NCBI GenBank assembly: GCA_963734545.1
Contig: CAVTHO010000005.1
Location: forward strand, 64,001 to 128,000
Origin: an uncultured Spirochaetota bacterium
Lineage (GTDB): Bacteria; Spirochaetota; Spirochaetia; SZUA-6; Fen-1364
Direction of reading: 5' to 3'
DNA: 64,000 nucleotides
Of the stretch, positions 1-10,338 are shown one piece after another; positions within the stretch are counted from its first letter, which is position 1, and every line of letters starts with the position of its first letter. A program made the translations under genes and the position numbers. Below the pieces are notes generated by a model. That model made no database searches, was not told the origin of the DNA, and saw only the letters and a program-made list of their open reading frames with translations.

Positions 1-598
1 CATATGCCGATTCTATTCCCTGGGCAGCGGCCGCATCCTGGTGGACGGCGCCGACATCACCCGCTGGGACGTGAAGAGCTGGAGACGACGCATCAGCTAC
101 GTTGCGCAGGACAGCTTCATCTTTTCCGGGACCATCCGGGACAACATACGGTTCGGAAAGCCCGAGGCATCGGACGATGAGGTCGAGCGCGCGGCCGCGC
201 TTGCAAACGCGCTGGACACCATCAGGGCGATGCCGCGGGGGTTCGACACTGTCGCGGGTGAGCGGGGCATCACCCTTTCGGGAGGACAGCGCCAGCGCAT
301 CGCCATCGCGCGCGCCCTGGTCCTGGACCCGAGCATCATCATCATGGACGAGCCGACCAGCGCGCTGGACGCCGAGAGCGAATCAATCCTCCTGGAAGCC
401 CTCGACTCGGTATTCAAGGGCCGTACCTGCATCGTCATCGCGCATCGTCTCTCGACCGTCGTCAACTCGGACACGATATTCGTGCTCTCCGAGGGAAGGA
501 TCGTGCAGCAGGGCAGGCACGCGGAGCTCCTTGCCGCACCGGGGATCTACCACGAGCTGTGCACCCGGCAGTTCCTCCTGGGCGGCACCCGGGTCTAG
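1..598 (+). CDS. ABC transporter ATP-binding/permease (ABCB type), C-terminal fragment
   Basis: LSGGQRQRIAIARAL signature, Walker B IIIMDEPTSALD and IAHRLST switch; runs off the window start. Confidence 0.92.
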   Translation, partial: ICRFYSLGSGRILVDGADITRWDVKSWRRRISYVAQDSFIFSGTIRDNIRFGKPEASDDEVERAAALANALDTIRAMPRGFDTVAGERGITLSGGQRQRIAIARALVLDPSIIIMDEPTSALDAESESILLEALDSVFKGRTCIVIAHRLSTVVNSDTIFVLSEGRIVQQGRHAELLAAPGIYHELCTRQFLLGGTRV

Positions 599-702
599 CG
601 CATCAGGTGCAGGGGCTCCCGGCGCGCACGCGCGCCTGCCGCCCTGCGGATGCACGAAGGCGTCCTTGTTCCACGGCGGCCCGTTCTGCTACACTCCGCG
701 CC

Positions 703-1795
703 ATGAACGCCATCGACGGGGCTCTCGGCTTCGTCCGCCCGGCCGTGCGCGGGATGGACGGCTACGTGCCCGGGCTCCAGCCCGGGCCGACAGAGCGGAT
801 CGTGAAGCTCAACACGAACGAAAACCCCTATCCCCCTTCCCTCCGGGTGCTCGAGGCCATGCGGAAAGCATCGAATGAATCGGTGCGGCTCTATCCGAGC
901 CCCGATGCGGCGCCCCTCCGGGAGCGCGCCGCGGCCACGTATCGGCTGCGCCCCGACCAGGTCCTCTGCGGCAACGGCTCCGACGAGATCCTCGCCCTGC
1001 TCATGCGCGCATTCGTGGATACCGGCGACACGATCGCCTACTTTCAACCCTCCTATTCCCTGTATCCGGTGCTCGCTGCAATTGCGGAGGCGCGCACGGC
1101 GGAATTTCTCCTGCCGCGTGTGGCGCGCGGGGAAGAGATGGCCGCGGTCCCGATGCCCGCCGCCAGGGCAAAAGTGTTTTTTCTCACGACACCGAACTCT
1201 CCTTACGGGGTGGTATTTCCTCCTTCCTGGATCGCGCGCCTGCTCGGCGATTTTCCGGGCATCGTGGTTGCGGACGAGGCCTACGTGGATTTTGCGGACG
1301 AATCCAGCCTTTCCCTGCTCGCCGACAACCCGCGGCTGGTGATCGTGCGGACCCTGTCCAAGGCCTACTCCCTGGCGGGCATGCGCGCCGGTCTCGCCTT
1401 CGCGCACGCGCTCCTGATCCGGGAAATGATGAAGGTGAAGGACAGCTACAATGTCGAGCCGGCTCGCCCAGGTTGCCGCGTGCGAAGCACTGGCCGACGA
1501 GCAGTACTTCAGGAAGACGCGCGACATGATCCTGGCCACACGCGCGCGGTTTTCGGGCCTCCTCGGCGGCATGGGCTTCACGGTGCTTCCCTCGGCGGCG
1601 AACTTCGTTTTCGCCGTTCCCCCGGCAGGCCTGGCGGCCCGGTCGCTGTTCGAGAGACTTCTCGCGCGCGGCTTCCTCGTGCGCCACCTGCGCGCGCCCG
1701 CCGTCGCGGACGGGCTTCGCATAAGCATCGGCACGGACGCGGAAATGGATGCCCTTGCCGATGCCATGAAGGAGGAAACCAGTGGCCATCAGTAG
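703..1795 (+). CDS. hisC: Histidinol-phosphate aminotransferase (frameshift near 1455)
   Basis: KLNTNENPY, GNGSDE, DEAY and RTLSKAYSLAGMRAG motifs; C-terminus (PSAANFVF...LRISIG) continues in ORF 1451..1795. Confidence 0.9.
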
Positions 1796-2966
1796 CAGGA
1801 TCCGCGGCAGCATCGAGAGCTCCTCCTGGATACGGAAGATGTTCGAGACAGGCAACGTGCTGCGGGCCGCGCACGGGGCGGACAAGGTGTGCGACTTCAG
1901 CCTGGGAAACCCGGACGTCGAGCCTCCGCCCGCTTTCCAGCGCGCGCTGGAAGAGGTCGTGTCCGCTTCCGTCACGCGCAAACACGGCTACATGCCCAAT
2001 GCCGGCTACCCCGAGTCGCGCGCGGCCGTGGCGGAACAAGTGGCGCGGGAGCAGGGCGTTGCCGTCACGGCAGACCATGTGGTCATGTCGTGCGGGGCAA
2101 GCGGCGCGATGAACTGCGTGCTGAAGACCATCCTGGATCCCGGCGACGAGGTGATCGCCAGCGTCCCCTGCTTCATGGAGTACGTCTCGTACGTCGACAA
2201 CCACGGGGGAAAGCTGGTGCTGGCTCCCAGCCGGCCCGACTTCGACCTCGATGTCGACGCCATCGAAGCCCTGATCGGCGCGCGCACCGCGGCGCTCATC
2301 ATCAACTCGCCGAACAATCCCACCGGCCGGATCTACCCGGAAGCCACGCTGCGGCGGCTCGCCGATATGCTCCTCCGGGCGGGAAAGAGCACGGGCCGGA
2401 CCATCTATCTTCTCAGCGACGAGCCGTATCGCAAGATCGTATACGGGGGAGCAGCTGTTCCTGCCGTCATGCGGCTCTACCCGCACTCCCTCGTCGTTGC
2501 CTCGTACTCGAAGGACCTGTCGCTGCCCGGCGAGCGGATCGGTTTTGCCGCGGTGAGCCCGGCTGCCGATGATGCGAAGAGGCTGGTGGACGGGGTTATC
2601 CTGTGCACGAGGATCCTGGGCTACGTGAACGCCCCCGGCCTGATGCAGCGTGTCATTTCCCGGATCCAGGGCGTGTCGGTGGACGTGGAGATCTATCGGC
2701 GCAAGCGCGACCTCTTCTGCGCGGCCCTTTCTTCCATTGGATATCAGACTACCGTGCCCGAAGGGGCCTTCTATATATTCCCGCGCGCGCCGGGAGGGGA
2801 CGATCTCGCATTCGTCCAGGAGCTGCAGAAGGAGCTCGTGCTCGTCGTACCGGGGCGCGGCTTCAGCCTGCCGGGCTATTTCCGCATTGCGTATTGCGTG
2901 GACACTCCGGTGATCGAGCGTTCCTTCGCAGGTTTTGAGCGCGTCTTCAAGAGGTTGGGCGGATGA
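1782..2966 (+). CDS. PLP-dependent class I/II aminotransferase (aspartate aminotransferase-like)
   Basis: DFSLGNP, INSPNNPTG, SDEPY and SYSKDLSLPGERIG motifs. Confidence 0.92.
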   Translation: MAISSRIRGSIESSSWIRKMFETGNVLRAAHGADKVCDFSLGNPDVEPPPAFQRALEEVVSASVTRKHGYMPNAGYPESRAAVAEQVAREQGVAVTADHVVMSCGASGAMNCVLKTILDPGDEVIASVPCFMEYVSYVDNHGGKLVLAPSRPDFDLDVDAIEALIGARTAALIINSPNNPTGRIYPEATLRRLADMLLRAGKSTGRTIYLLSDEPYRKIVYGGAAVPAVMRLYPHSLVVASYSKDLSLPGERIGFAAVSPAADDAKRLVDGVILCTRILGYVNAPGLMQRVISRIQGVSVDVEIYRRKRDLFCAALSSIGYQTTVPEGAFYIFPRAPGGDDLAFVQELQKELVLVVPGRGFSLPGYFRIAYCVDTPVIERSFAGFERVFKRLGG

Positions 2967-3946
2967 GAAGCATCAGAACAAGCGCCGGGCTGCTTTCCCT
3001 GTTCACGCTTGCCGCGCTCCTGGCGGCCCCCGTCTTTGCCCAGGCCGCAGAGACCGCCGCGCCCGGGCCGAGCTTCAATGCCGGCGGCAGCGATCTTGTT
3101 CCCGCGGAACCCCGCGCCATGAGCGTGCCGCAGGCGGTGATTCTCGGCATCGTAGAAGGGGTCACCGAATACCTTCCGGTCAGCTCCACGGGACACCTGA
3201 CCGTGGTGCAGGATCTCCTGGGGCTTTGGGCCACCCCGGAGGAAAAAAGCGCCTCCGATGCTTACGCCATCTGCATCCAGGCAGGCGCCATCCTCGCGGT
3301 GCTCCTGATCTACAGGCGCAGGATCACGGGGATGGCGCGCGGCATCATCGGCAGGGACCCGGGCGGGCTTCGCCTGCTCGGCAGCCTGGTCGTGGCCTTC
3401 ATTCCCGCCGCCTTTTTCGGTCTCTTCCTCGAAGGGCGCATCAAACACTACCTGTACGGGATCTGGCCTGTTGCCGGCGCATGGCTCGTGGGGGGTATCT
3501 TCATCCTGGCCGTGCTCGCCCGACAGGGCACGCGGGAGGGCAGGACGCTGGAGGGGCTCACCTGGCGGATGGCGCTTCTCGTGGGGCTTGCCCAGGTCAT
3601 CGCCCTCTGGCCGGGTGTCAGCAGGAGCCTCGCCACGATCGCCGCCGGTCTGTTCGTCGGTCTCACGCTGTCCGCGGCCGTGGAGTTCAGCTTCCTGCTG
3701 GGCCTGCTCACACTGGGCGCGGCCACGCTCTACGAGGGGTTCAAGCTCGGGCCCGAGATCGTGCGCACATTCGGATGGGTTGCGCCCGTGACCGGCCTGG
3801 TGGTGGCGGCAATTGCCGCATTCCTGGCAGTGAGATGGATGGTGGAGTACCTGCGCACGCGCAGCCTCGCGGTCTTCGGCTGGTACCGGATCGGCATTGC
3901 GCTCCTGGTCGGCGTGCTGGTGCTGACAGGGATTCTCAAGCCCTGA
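2963..3946 (+). CDS. uppP: Undecaprenyl-diphosphate phosphatase with N-terminal signal-like extension
   Basis: GIVEGVTEYLPVSSTGH and PGVSRS motifs of BacA/UppP. Confidence 0.93.
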   Translation: MRSIRTSAGLLSLFTLAALLAAPVFAQAAETAAPGPSFNAGGSDLVPAEPRAMSVPQAVILGIVEGVTEYLPVSSTGHLTVVQDLLGLWATPEEKSASDAYAICIQAGAILAVLLIYRRRITGMARGIIGRDPGGLRLLGSLVVAFIPAAFFGLFLEGRIKHYLYGIWPVAGAWLVGGIFILAVLARQGTREGRTLEGLTWRMALLVGLAQVIALWPGVSRSLATIAAGLFVGLTLSAAVEFSFLLGLLTLGAATLYEGFKLGPEIVRTFGWVAPVTGLVVAAIAAFLAVRWMVEYLRTRSLAVFGWYRIGIALLVGVLVLTGILKP

Positions 3947-3989
3947 GCGCGGACCTCCGCGGCCTTCCCGTCGACGTGCCGGCCAGGAC

Positions 3990-4826
3990 TCAGCCCACCA
4001 GCTTCAGGATCCTTTCCCGGAACGCCACGTAGCCGCAGCAGATGAGCACCAGCGCGGAGCCAGCCAGGGTGGCGGCACGCATCTTCTCTCCGAACACGAT
4101 GACCCCGAGAAGCACGTTGAGCACGGGCACGAGAAAGGCCAGGAGGCTTCCCTCCGTGGCCGGCACGTGCTTGTACGCCCAGGTCATGGCAAGCTGCGCC
4201 GCGGTGGCGAGGGCGCCGACGCCCAGAAGTATCAGCCAGATCCGGCCGCCGAATGCAAAGGAGCTCGTCAGGGTGGGCCACCCGACCACGAACAGGCCGA
4301 AGATGCACTGCGCGAGGTAGATAACGTACGGTGTATCCGTCTCGCGAAGTTTCTTGATCGCGACCACCGCGATACCGGAGAGGACACCGCCCAGGAGGGC
4401 CAGCAGCTCCTCCACGCCAACCGACTGAATCCGGCCCGGATTCACCACGAGCGCGATTCCCAGGAATGACACGAGCACCGCCACGACCACGTCCCAGGAC
4501 AGCTTTTCCTTCAGCATCAGGGGAGCAAGCAGAGCGGCAAAGACGGGGTAAGTGTAGTTGAGGATCGTGCCTTTCCCCAATCCCAGCATCGTGATGCCCC
4601 GGAAGAAGAAGTAGACCGAGGTGGCGCCGATCAGGCCGCGGGCGATCAGCCACCAGCGGTTGACCGGCTTCAAGCGCGTGACTCCCGCCAGGGCAAGCCC
4701 CACTATTACCACGATCCCCGTGACAAACCGGGCCGAGGCCACGAGCGAGGTGTTGACCGACCGCAGGAGGGGGATCAGCAGGGACATGGCGGAAAACAGC
4801 ACGCTGGATGCGGCCATGACAGCCAT
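3990..4826 (-). CDS. DMT/EamA family transporter
   Basis: About 10 hydrophobic segments in two EamA repeats (YTYPVF...LKEK); GGAGG before the ATG at 4826; alternative start 4865. Confidence 0.85.
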   Translation of the reverse strand: MAVMAASSVLFSAMSLLIPLLRSVNTSLVASARFVTGIVVIVGLALAGVTRLKPVNRWWLIARGLIGATSVYFFFRGITMLGLGKGTILNYTYPVFAALLAPLMLKEKLSWDVVVAVLVSFLGIALVVNPGRIQSVGVEELLALLGGVLSGIAVVAIKKLRETDTPYVIYLAQCIFGLFVVGWPTLTSSFAFGGRIWLILLGVGALATAAQLAMTWAYKHVPATEGSLLAFLVPVLNVLLGVIVFGEKMRAATLAGSALVLICCGYVAFRERILKLVG

Positions 4827-4864
4827 GCCTCCGCCCGTGGGAGGATGAAAGCGGGTACCCGCCA

Positions 4865-6185
4865 CTAGAGCCGCGCCGACAGTTCCACGTATTGCCGGGA
4901 GGTCTTGCCCACATAGATCTGGCGCGGGCGCATGATCCGGAAATCCTCGCCGTGGTACATCTCGCGCCAGTGGGCCAGCCAGCCGGGGGTGCGGCCGATT
5001 GCGAAGAGCACGGTGAACATGTCGTAAGGCATGCCGGCGGCGCGCAGGATGAGGCCGGAGTAGAAGTCCACATTCGGGTAGAGATTGCGCGAAAGGAAGT
5101 ACTCATCCTTGAGGGCGATTTCCTCCAGGCGCAGCGCGATATCGAACAATGGATCGTCCATCCCCGGCTTTTTCAGCAGGGTGTGGCACGCCGCCTTGAG
5201 GATATTCGCGCGCGGGTCGGTGCTCTTGTAGACCCGGTGGCCGAACCCCATGAGCCTGTCCGGCGTGTTCCTGTCCTTGGCCCGCGCGACGTATTCCGTG
5301 CCGTCCCCGTGCGCGTCCCGTATCTTCTCCAGCATCGTGATGACTTCCTGGTTTGCCCCGCCATGACGCGGGCCCCAGAGAGCGGATATGCCCGGCGGAT
5401 ATGACTGCATACACATTGGCCAGGCTCGAGCCCGTCATCCGCACCGTGGAGGTGCTGCAGTTCTGTTCGTGATCCGCGTGCAGGATGAGGAACAGGTCGA
5501 TGGCCCGCACGATGTCGTCGTCCAGCTTCGACTCCTTCACCGGGGAGGAGAACATCATGTTCAGGAAGTTGGGCACGTAGCGGAGCTGGTAGGACGGGTA
5601 GACAATGGGCTCCCCGATGGACTTCTTGTATGAAATTGCCGCGATCGTGCGGACCTGGGAGATGAGATTGGCCAGGATCTGCCGCTCGGCCTTCTCGTCC
5701 ATCACCTCGGGAATCGGGTAGAATGTGGAGAGTGAGGCAACGGTCGTGGCGAGGATTCCCATGGGATGCGAGCCGCGCGGGAAGCCCACGAAAAAGTGCA
5801 GCATGTCCTCGTGAATGAGGGAAGACTCGTTCAGGAAAGTGGAGAACTCATCGAGCTGCGTGGTGGTGGGCAGCTCGCCATAGAGAAGAAGGTATGCCAC
5901 TTCCGTGAACGTGGAATGCGCGGCGAGATCCTCGATGGGGTACCCGCGGTAACGCAGGATGCCTTTTTCCCCGTCGATGAATGTGATCGCGCTCCGGCAG
6001 GACCCGGTATTCTCGTAGCCCTTGTCCAGCGTCACGTAGCCGCTGGCCTTGCGGAGGCCGCTGACATCGACGGCCTTTTCTCCCTCGGTCCCCCGCACGA
6101 CCGGCAGCTCGTACTCCCTTCCCTCGAGAATGAGCTTCGCGGTCTCGGGCGTCCCTTGCCCGCCTGCGATCTTCGGCAGCGCCAT
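4865..6185 (-). CDS. gltA: Type II citrate synthase (frameshift near 5390)
   Basis: [20 protein letters not shown] and [12 protein letters not shown] in ORF 5103..6185; [16 protein letters not shown] and YPNVDFYSG in ORF 4865..5416. Confidence 0.93.
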
Positions 6186-6307
6186 GTTTTCCCCTTTCGT
6201 GTATAAGCATACACGGAATGAAAAAAGTCAATGGCGCAGGCGCCGGGAGGCCCGCGGGGCCTGCGGCGGTATTGCCCGGCGCGAAGCGTCGGGCTACCGT
6301 GTACCGC

Positions 6308-7096
6308 ATGGACCTTTCCTGGCGGGCGCTGGGCGGCGAGGGCGCCCCGATCCTCATCCTGCACGGGCTTTTCGGCTCCTCCCAGAACTGGTCCGGCATG
6401 GGACGCAGGCTGGTCTCCCACGGGAAGGTATGCTGCCTGGACCTGCGCAACCACGGGGATTCGCCGCACGCGCCCACCCACTCACTCGCCGACTGTGTGG
6501 GAGATCTCCACGACTGGACGACGGCCCACGCGCAGGGCCCGGTGCGGCTGATCGGCCACTCGATGGGCGGCCAGGTTGCCATGGGCTTTGCCCTCGCCCT
6601 GCCCGATCTCGTGTCGGGGATCGCCGTCGTGGATATCGCGCCGCGGCCTTATCCGGCCGACCACGAAATGGAGCTCCGGGCCCTCCGGACGGACATCCGG
6701 GCATGCAGAACGCGCGCCGAGGTGGATGCGCTCCTGTCGCCGCACCTTCCGGACCCACGCGTCCGCCAGTTCATTCTTACGAATGCCGTCCGGGCGGAGG
6801 AGGGCTTCCGATGGCGGCTGAACGTCGAGGCGCTGGCCGCGAGCACCCTGTCGAGCGACTTCGCCGAATTGGCGGGTCGATACGAGGGGGAGGCGCTCCT
6901 GGTGGCCTGCGGAAGGTCGGCATACATCAAGGAGGAGGACCGTGGGCTGATGCAGCGCTTCTTTCCGGGTGTCCGAATCGAGACGCTGCCCGAAGCGGAC
7001 CATTGGCCGCATATCTCCGCCCCTGCCGCGCTGGAGAGAATCCTGGGTGAGTTCCTGCGGCGCACGGGCGGGAATTCGGCCCGGGAAATGCAATAA
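6308..7096 (+). CDS. Alpha/beta hydrolase (YbfF-like esterase)
   Basis: LHGLFGS, DLRNHGDS, GHSMGG nucleophile elbow and DIAP. Confidence 0.9.
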   Translation: MDLSWRALGGEGAPILILHGLFGSSQNWSGMGRRLVSHGKVCCLDLRNHGDSPHAPTHSLADCVGDLHDWTTAHAQGPVRLIGHSMGGQVAMGFALALPDLVSGIAVVDIAPRPYPADHEMELRALRTDIRACRTRAEVDALLSPHLPDPRVRQFILTNAVRAEEGFRWRLNVEALAASTLSSDFAELAGRYEGEALLVACGRSAYIKEEDRGLMQRFFPGVRIETLPEADHWPHISAPAALERILGEFLRRTGGNSAREMQ

Positions 7097-7123
7097 CTTT
7101 GCCCCTGCCCCGTCGTTGATACC

Positions 7124-7633
7124 GTGAGCGCGGAAACGCAGAAAAAGCGGATTGCGGGCTTTATCGCGACCGAGTGGACCCGGCTGGTGGGCTACGTGCG
7201 CGCCTGGATTGCCGACACCGCGGACCGCGACGCGGAGGACGTGGTCCAGGACGTGATCGAGAGGCTGTTCGAAAAGGCGGACGTGACCGAGCCGGTCGCG
7301 GACCTCTCCGCGTACCTGTACCGCTCGCTGCGGAACAAGGTCATCGACCTCTACAGGAAGCCGAAGCGCGCGGCGGAGCTCCCCGAGGATCTTTCCGATG
7401 TGCGGTTCGAGGCATCGGAGGCGATGGATCGGGAGGAGGCGCGCGAGGCCTTGTTCGAGGCGATCGACGAGCTTCCACCGGCGCAGCGGGAGGTCCTGGT
7501 TGCCACGGAGCTCGAGGGAAGGAGCTTCAAGGAGCTTGCCGAGGAGTGGGAGACGCCGATCGGAACTCTCCTGGCAAGAAAGCACCGCGCCGTCCGCGCG
7601 CTGAAAGAGACGCTCACGGGAGGTATCGAATGA
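7124..7633 (+). CDS. ECF-type RNA polymerase sigma-70 factor
   Basis: Region 2 DAEDVVQD...RNKVIDLYRK; region 4 LPPAQREV...SFKELA...IGTLLARK. Confidence 0.92.
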   Translation: MSAETQKKRIAGFIATEWTRLVGYVRAWIADTADRDAEDVVQDVIERLFEKADVTEPVADLSAYLYRSLRNKVIDLYRKPKRAAELPEDLSDVRFEASEAMDREEAREALFEAIDELPPAQREVLVATELEGRSFKELAEEWETPIGTLLARKHRAVRALKETLTGGIE

Positions 7634-8096
7634 TGGGAAAGAGAATGCGCGACATGTGGCCCGGCGTGCACCCGGCGGTGAAGGCGCTTCGCGTCGCGGG
7701 CCTGGTTGTCATGGGTGTGGTCGGGGCGGCGTTGTTCGCCCTGGTCTTCGGCTGGCTGGTGATGATCCTGTGGAACTGGCTCATGCCCGCCATCTTCCAC
7801 CTCGGGCTGATCACCTACTGGCAGGCTTTCGGGATAGTGATCCTGTCCAAGCTGATCTTCGGCGCGGCAGGCGGCGGCAGGCACGGCGGCGAGGCACGGC
7901 GGCCCGTGGAAGGGCAACCCCTGGGCGCGGATCGCACGGCAACGCCAGGGACAACTGGCGGTACTATCGGGACTTCTGGGAAGAAGAGGGCAGGCACGCC
8001 TTTGACCGGTATCTCGAGCGCAAGAAAGCGGAAGAGGCCGGGCAACCGGGGCCCGAGCAACCGGGCGGCCATCCGGAGCCCGGGCGCCGTGAATGA
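7630..8096 (+). CDS. Small membrane protein coupled to the ECF sigma gene (frameshifted after ~7890)
   Basis: ATGA overlap with the sigma stop; TM segments with LWNWLMP..F....ITYWQAFG; charged C-terminus in ORF 7656..8096. Confidence 0.7.
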
Positions 8097-8118
8097 CGAC
8101 GCGCAGCGAATGAGCAAA

Positions 8119-8148
8119 GAAGGGGGGTGAATGCCCCCCTTCCCTTTT
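8119..8148 (+). terminator. Probable intrinsic terminator
   Basis: GAAGGGGG...CCCCCTTC stem followed by CCTTTT. Confidence 0.55.
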
Positions 8149-8177
8149 CCCGAGGACTCAGGCTAGTGTGTCGAACC

Positions 8178-9057
8178 ATGAACACGAGCACGGTCGGCAG
8201 GGCGGAAAAGCTCGCCATGTGGATGGGGATCGTGGGCAACACGGTCCTCTTCGCGTGCAAGATCCTCGTCGGGCTTCACGTTCAACAGCATCGCCATCAT
8301 CTCCGACTCATTCAACTCGCTCACCGATATCGTGGCCTCCACGATCGTGCTCATCAGCGTCCAGGAGCTCGTACAAGGAGCCCGACGCGGACCATCCCTT
8401 CGGCCACAAGCGCGCCCAGCCCATCGCCGGACTCGTGGTGGCGATATTCACCGGTATCGTCGGTTTCGAGATCATCACGCAGTCGGTCGGGCGCCTGCTC
8501 AACGGTGAGCAGATCGAAATGGGAGTCCTGCCCATCCTCCTGGTGAGCGGCGTCATGGTCGATCAAGCTGGGCATGCACATCTTCGCGCGGCAGGTGGCG
8601 AGCATGACCGGCAGCCCCGCCATCATGGCCTCTGCCACGGATCACCGCAACGACGTGCTGGTTTCCGCGGCGGTGCTTTCCGGCGTCGTCGCTTCGAACC
8701 TCGGCTTTCCCGTGTTCGACCCCATTGTGGCCATCCTCGTCGGACTGTGGATCATCCGGGCGGGCTTCCTGCATCGGAAAGGACAACATCAAGTACCTCA
8801 TGGGTGAGGCACCGCCGCCTGAGCTGGTGGACAAGGTCCGGGAAAAGGCGAAGGCCGTGGAAGGGGTCATCGGACTGAACGACGTATTCGCCCATTACGT
8901 GGGCACCACGGTGGAGATCGAAGTCCACATCGACGTGGACAGGCGCCTGAGCATCGAGGACGCGCACGGCATCGGCAAGAAGGTGCAGTGGGCAATCGAG
9001 GACATGGAGGAGATCTCGCGGGCCTTCATCCACATCGACCCGCTGGAAGCCACGTGA
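8178..9057 (+). CDS. Cation diffusion facilitator (FieF/MamM-like) with several frameshifts
   Basis: Fragments SDSFNSLTD, PDADHPFGH, ATDHRND and C-terminal EVHIDVD...AHGI...FIHIDP spread over three frames. Confidence 0.85.
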
Positions 9058-9085
9058 GCGGATGCAGTCCCGTTGGGCGCGCAGC

Positions 9086-9724
9086 TCAGGGAGCCGCGAG
9101 TTCCCGCGACTCCACCATGACCACCCCCACTTTTTCCATTGCCGCGAGGGCCTCCTGCACGCTCCCCTTCGGATGGTCCACGCCGCGGCACGCATCCCGC
9201 ACCAGCGTGACGCGAAAGCCGAGCTTGCGGGCATCCATGGCCGAGGCAAGAACGCAGTAGTCGGTGGCAAGGCCGCAGAGATAGATCTCCCGGGTACCGA
9301 GACCCTTGAGATAGTAGCGCAGACCCGTGTCGGTCCTGCGGTCGTTCTCGAAAAAGGCGGAATACGAGTCGAGGTTCCTCCGAAGTCCTTTCCTGAGCAC
9401 CAGCTCGATCCTGCCCGACTCCAGCCGCGGGTGGAGCTCCGCCCCGCGCGTTGCCTGCACGCAATGATCGGGCCAGAGCACCTGCTCGATGCCGCCCGCA
9501 TCCACGAGATCGAGGGGCTTGTGCCCGGGGTGACTGGAAGCGAAGGAGACGTGATCCGGCGGATGCCAGTCCTGGGTGGCTGCCACCCGGTGAAAGAAGG
9601 GCATGATGGCGTTGATGACCGGAACGACGGCGTCTCCCTCCTCCACCGCCAGGCTTCCCCCGGGGCAGAAGTCGTTCTGCACATCGATGATCAGGAGCAT
9701 CCGCTCCACGCCGTTTCCCCGCAT
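9086..9724 (-). CDS. pncA: Nicotinamidase/pyrazinamidase
   Basis: IDVQNDFCPGGSLAV, TQDWHP, WPDHCVQ, DSYSAF and GLATDYCV. Confidence 0.95.
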   Translation of the reverse strand: MRGNGVERMLLIIDVQNDFCPGGSLAVEEGDAVVPVINAIMPFFHRVAATQDWHPPDHVSFASSHPGHKPLDLVDAGGIEQVLWPDHCVQATRGAELHPRLESGRIELVLRKGLRRNLDSYSAFFENDRRTDTGLRYYLKGLGTREIYLCGLATDYCVLASAMDARKLGFRVTLVRDACRGVDHPKGSVQEALAAMEKVGVVMVESRELAAP

Positions 9725-9765
9725 GAGGCACCCCGCGATCAGTGTAACACGCCGGGAGCCCGTGG

Positions 9766-10338
9766 ATGAAGGTCCTGATCATCGATAACTACGATTCGTT
9801 CACGTACAACCTCGTGCAGGCGTTCGGCGAGCTGGGCGCCCGGGTCAGCGTCATCCGCAACAACCAGGCGAGCCTCGATGAGATCGAAAGCCGGAAGCCG
9901 GCCCGGATCGTCCTTTCACCCGGCCCGGGAGGCCCGTCGGACGCGGGAATCTGCGTCGACGCGGTCCGACGATTCGCGGGACGCATTGACATCCTGGGCG
10001 TCTGCCTGGGTCATCAATGCATCGGCGCTGCCTTCGGCGCGCGGATCGTGCACGCGGCGCGTCTGATGCATGGAAAGACCTCCGCAGTGTTCCACGAGGG
10101 GGAATCGGTTTTCAGGGGGCTCCCCAATCCATTCGAGGCTGCCCGGTATCACAGCCTCGCGGTGAGCAGGCGCGGGTTTCCCGCGGCGCTGCGCATCATC
10201 GCCGCCGCGGAGGACGGAACCATCATGGGACTCCGCAGCCGCGCGCATCGTGTCACCGGGATCCAGTTCCACCCCGAATCATTCATGACAAGGCTCGGGC
10301 TTTCGATTCTGCGGGCATTCCTGGAGGGGAGGGGATAG
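9766..10338 (+). CDS. pabA: Aminodeoxychorismate/anthranilate synthase component II (glutamine amidotransferase)
   Basis: IDNYDSFTYNL, SPGPG, GVCLGHQ and QFHPES; next to pabB- and pabC-like genes. Confidence 0.88.
   Translation: MKVLIIDNYDSFTYNLVQAFGELGARVSVIRNNQASLDEIESRKPARIVLSPGPGGPSDAGICVDAVRRFAGRIDILGVCLGHQCIGAAFGARIVHAARLMHGKTSAVFHEGESVFRGLPNPFEAARYHSLAVSRRGFPAALRIIAAAEDGTIMGLRSRAHRVTGIQFHPESFMTRLGLSILRAFLEGRG

Noticed and set aside
4851-4862. GCGGGTACCCGC palindrome as a member of the hairpin family
   Set aside because: Too short and lacks the AGTA loop and flanks; plausible by chance at this GC content.
559-6185. Programmed frameshifting in hisC or gltA
   Set aside because: No slippery heptamer or stimulatory structure seen at the breaks, and similar indels are scattered across many unrelated genes.
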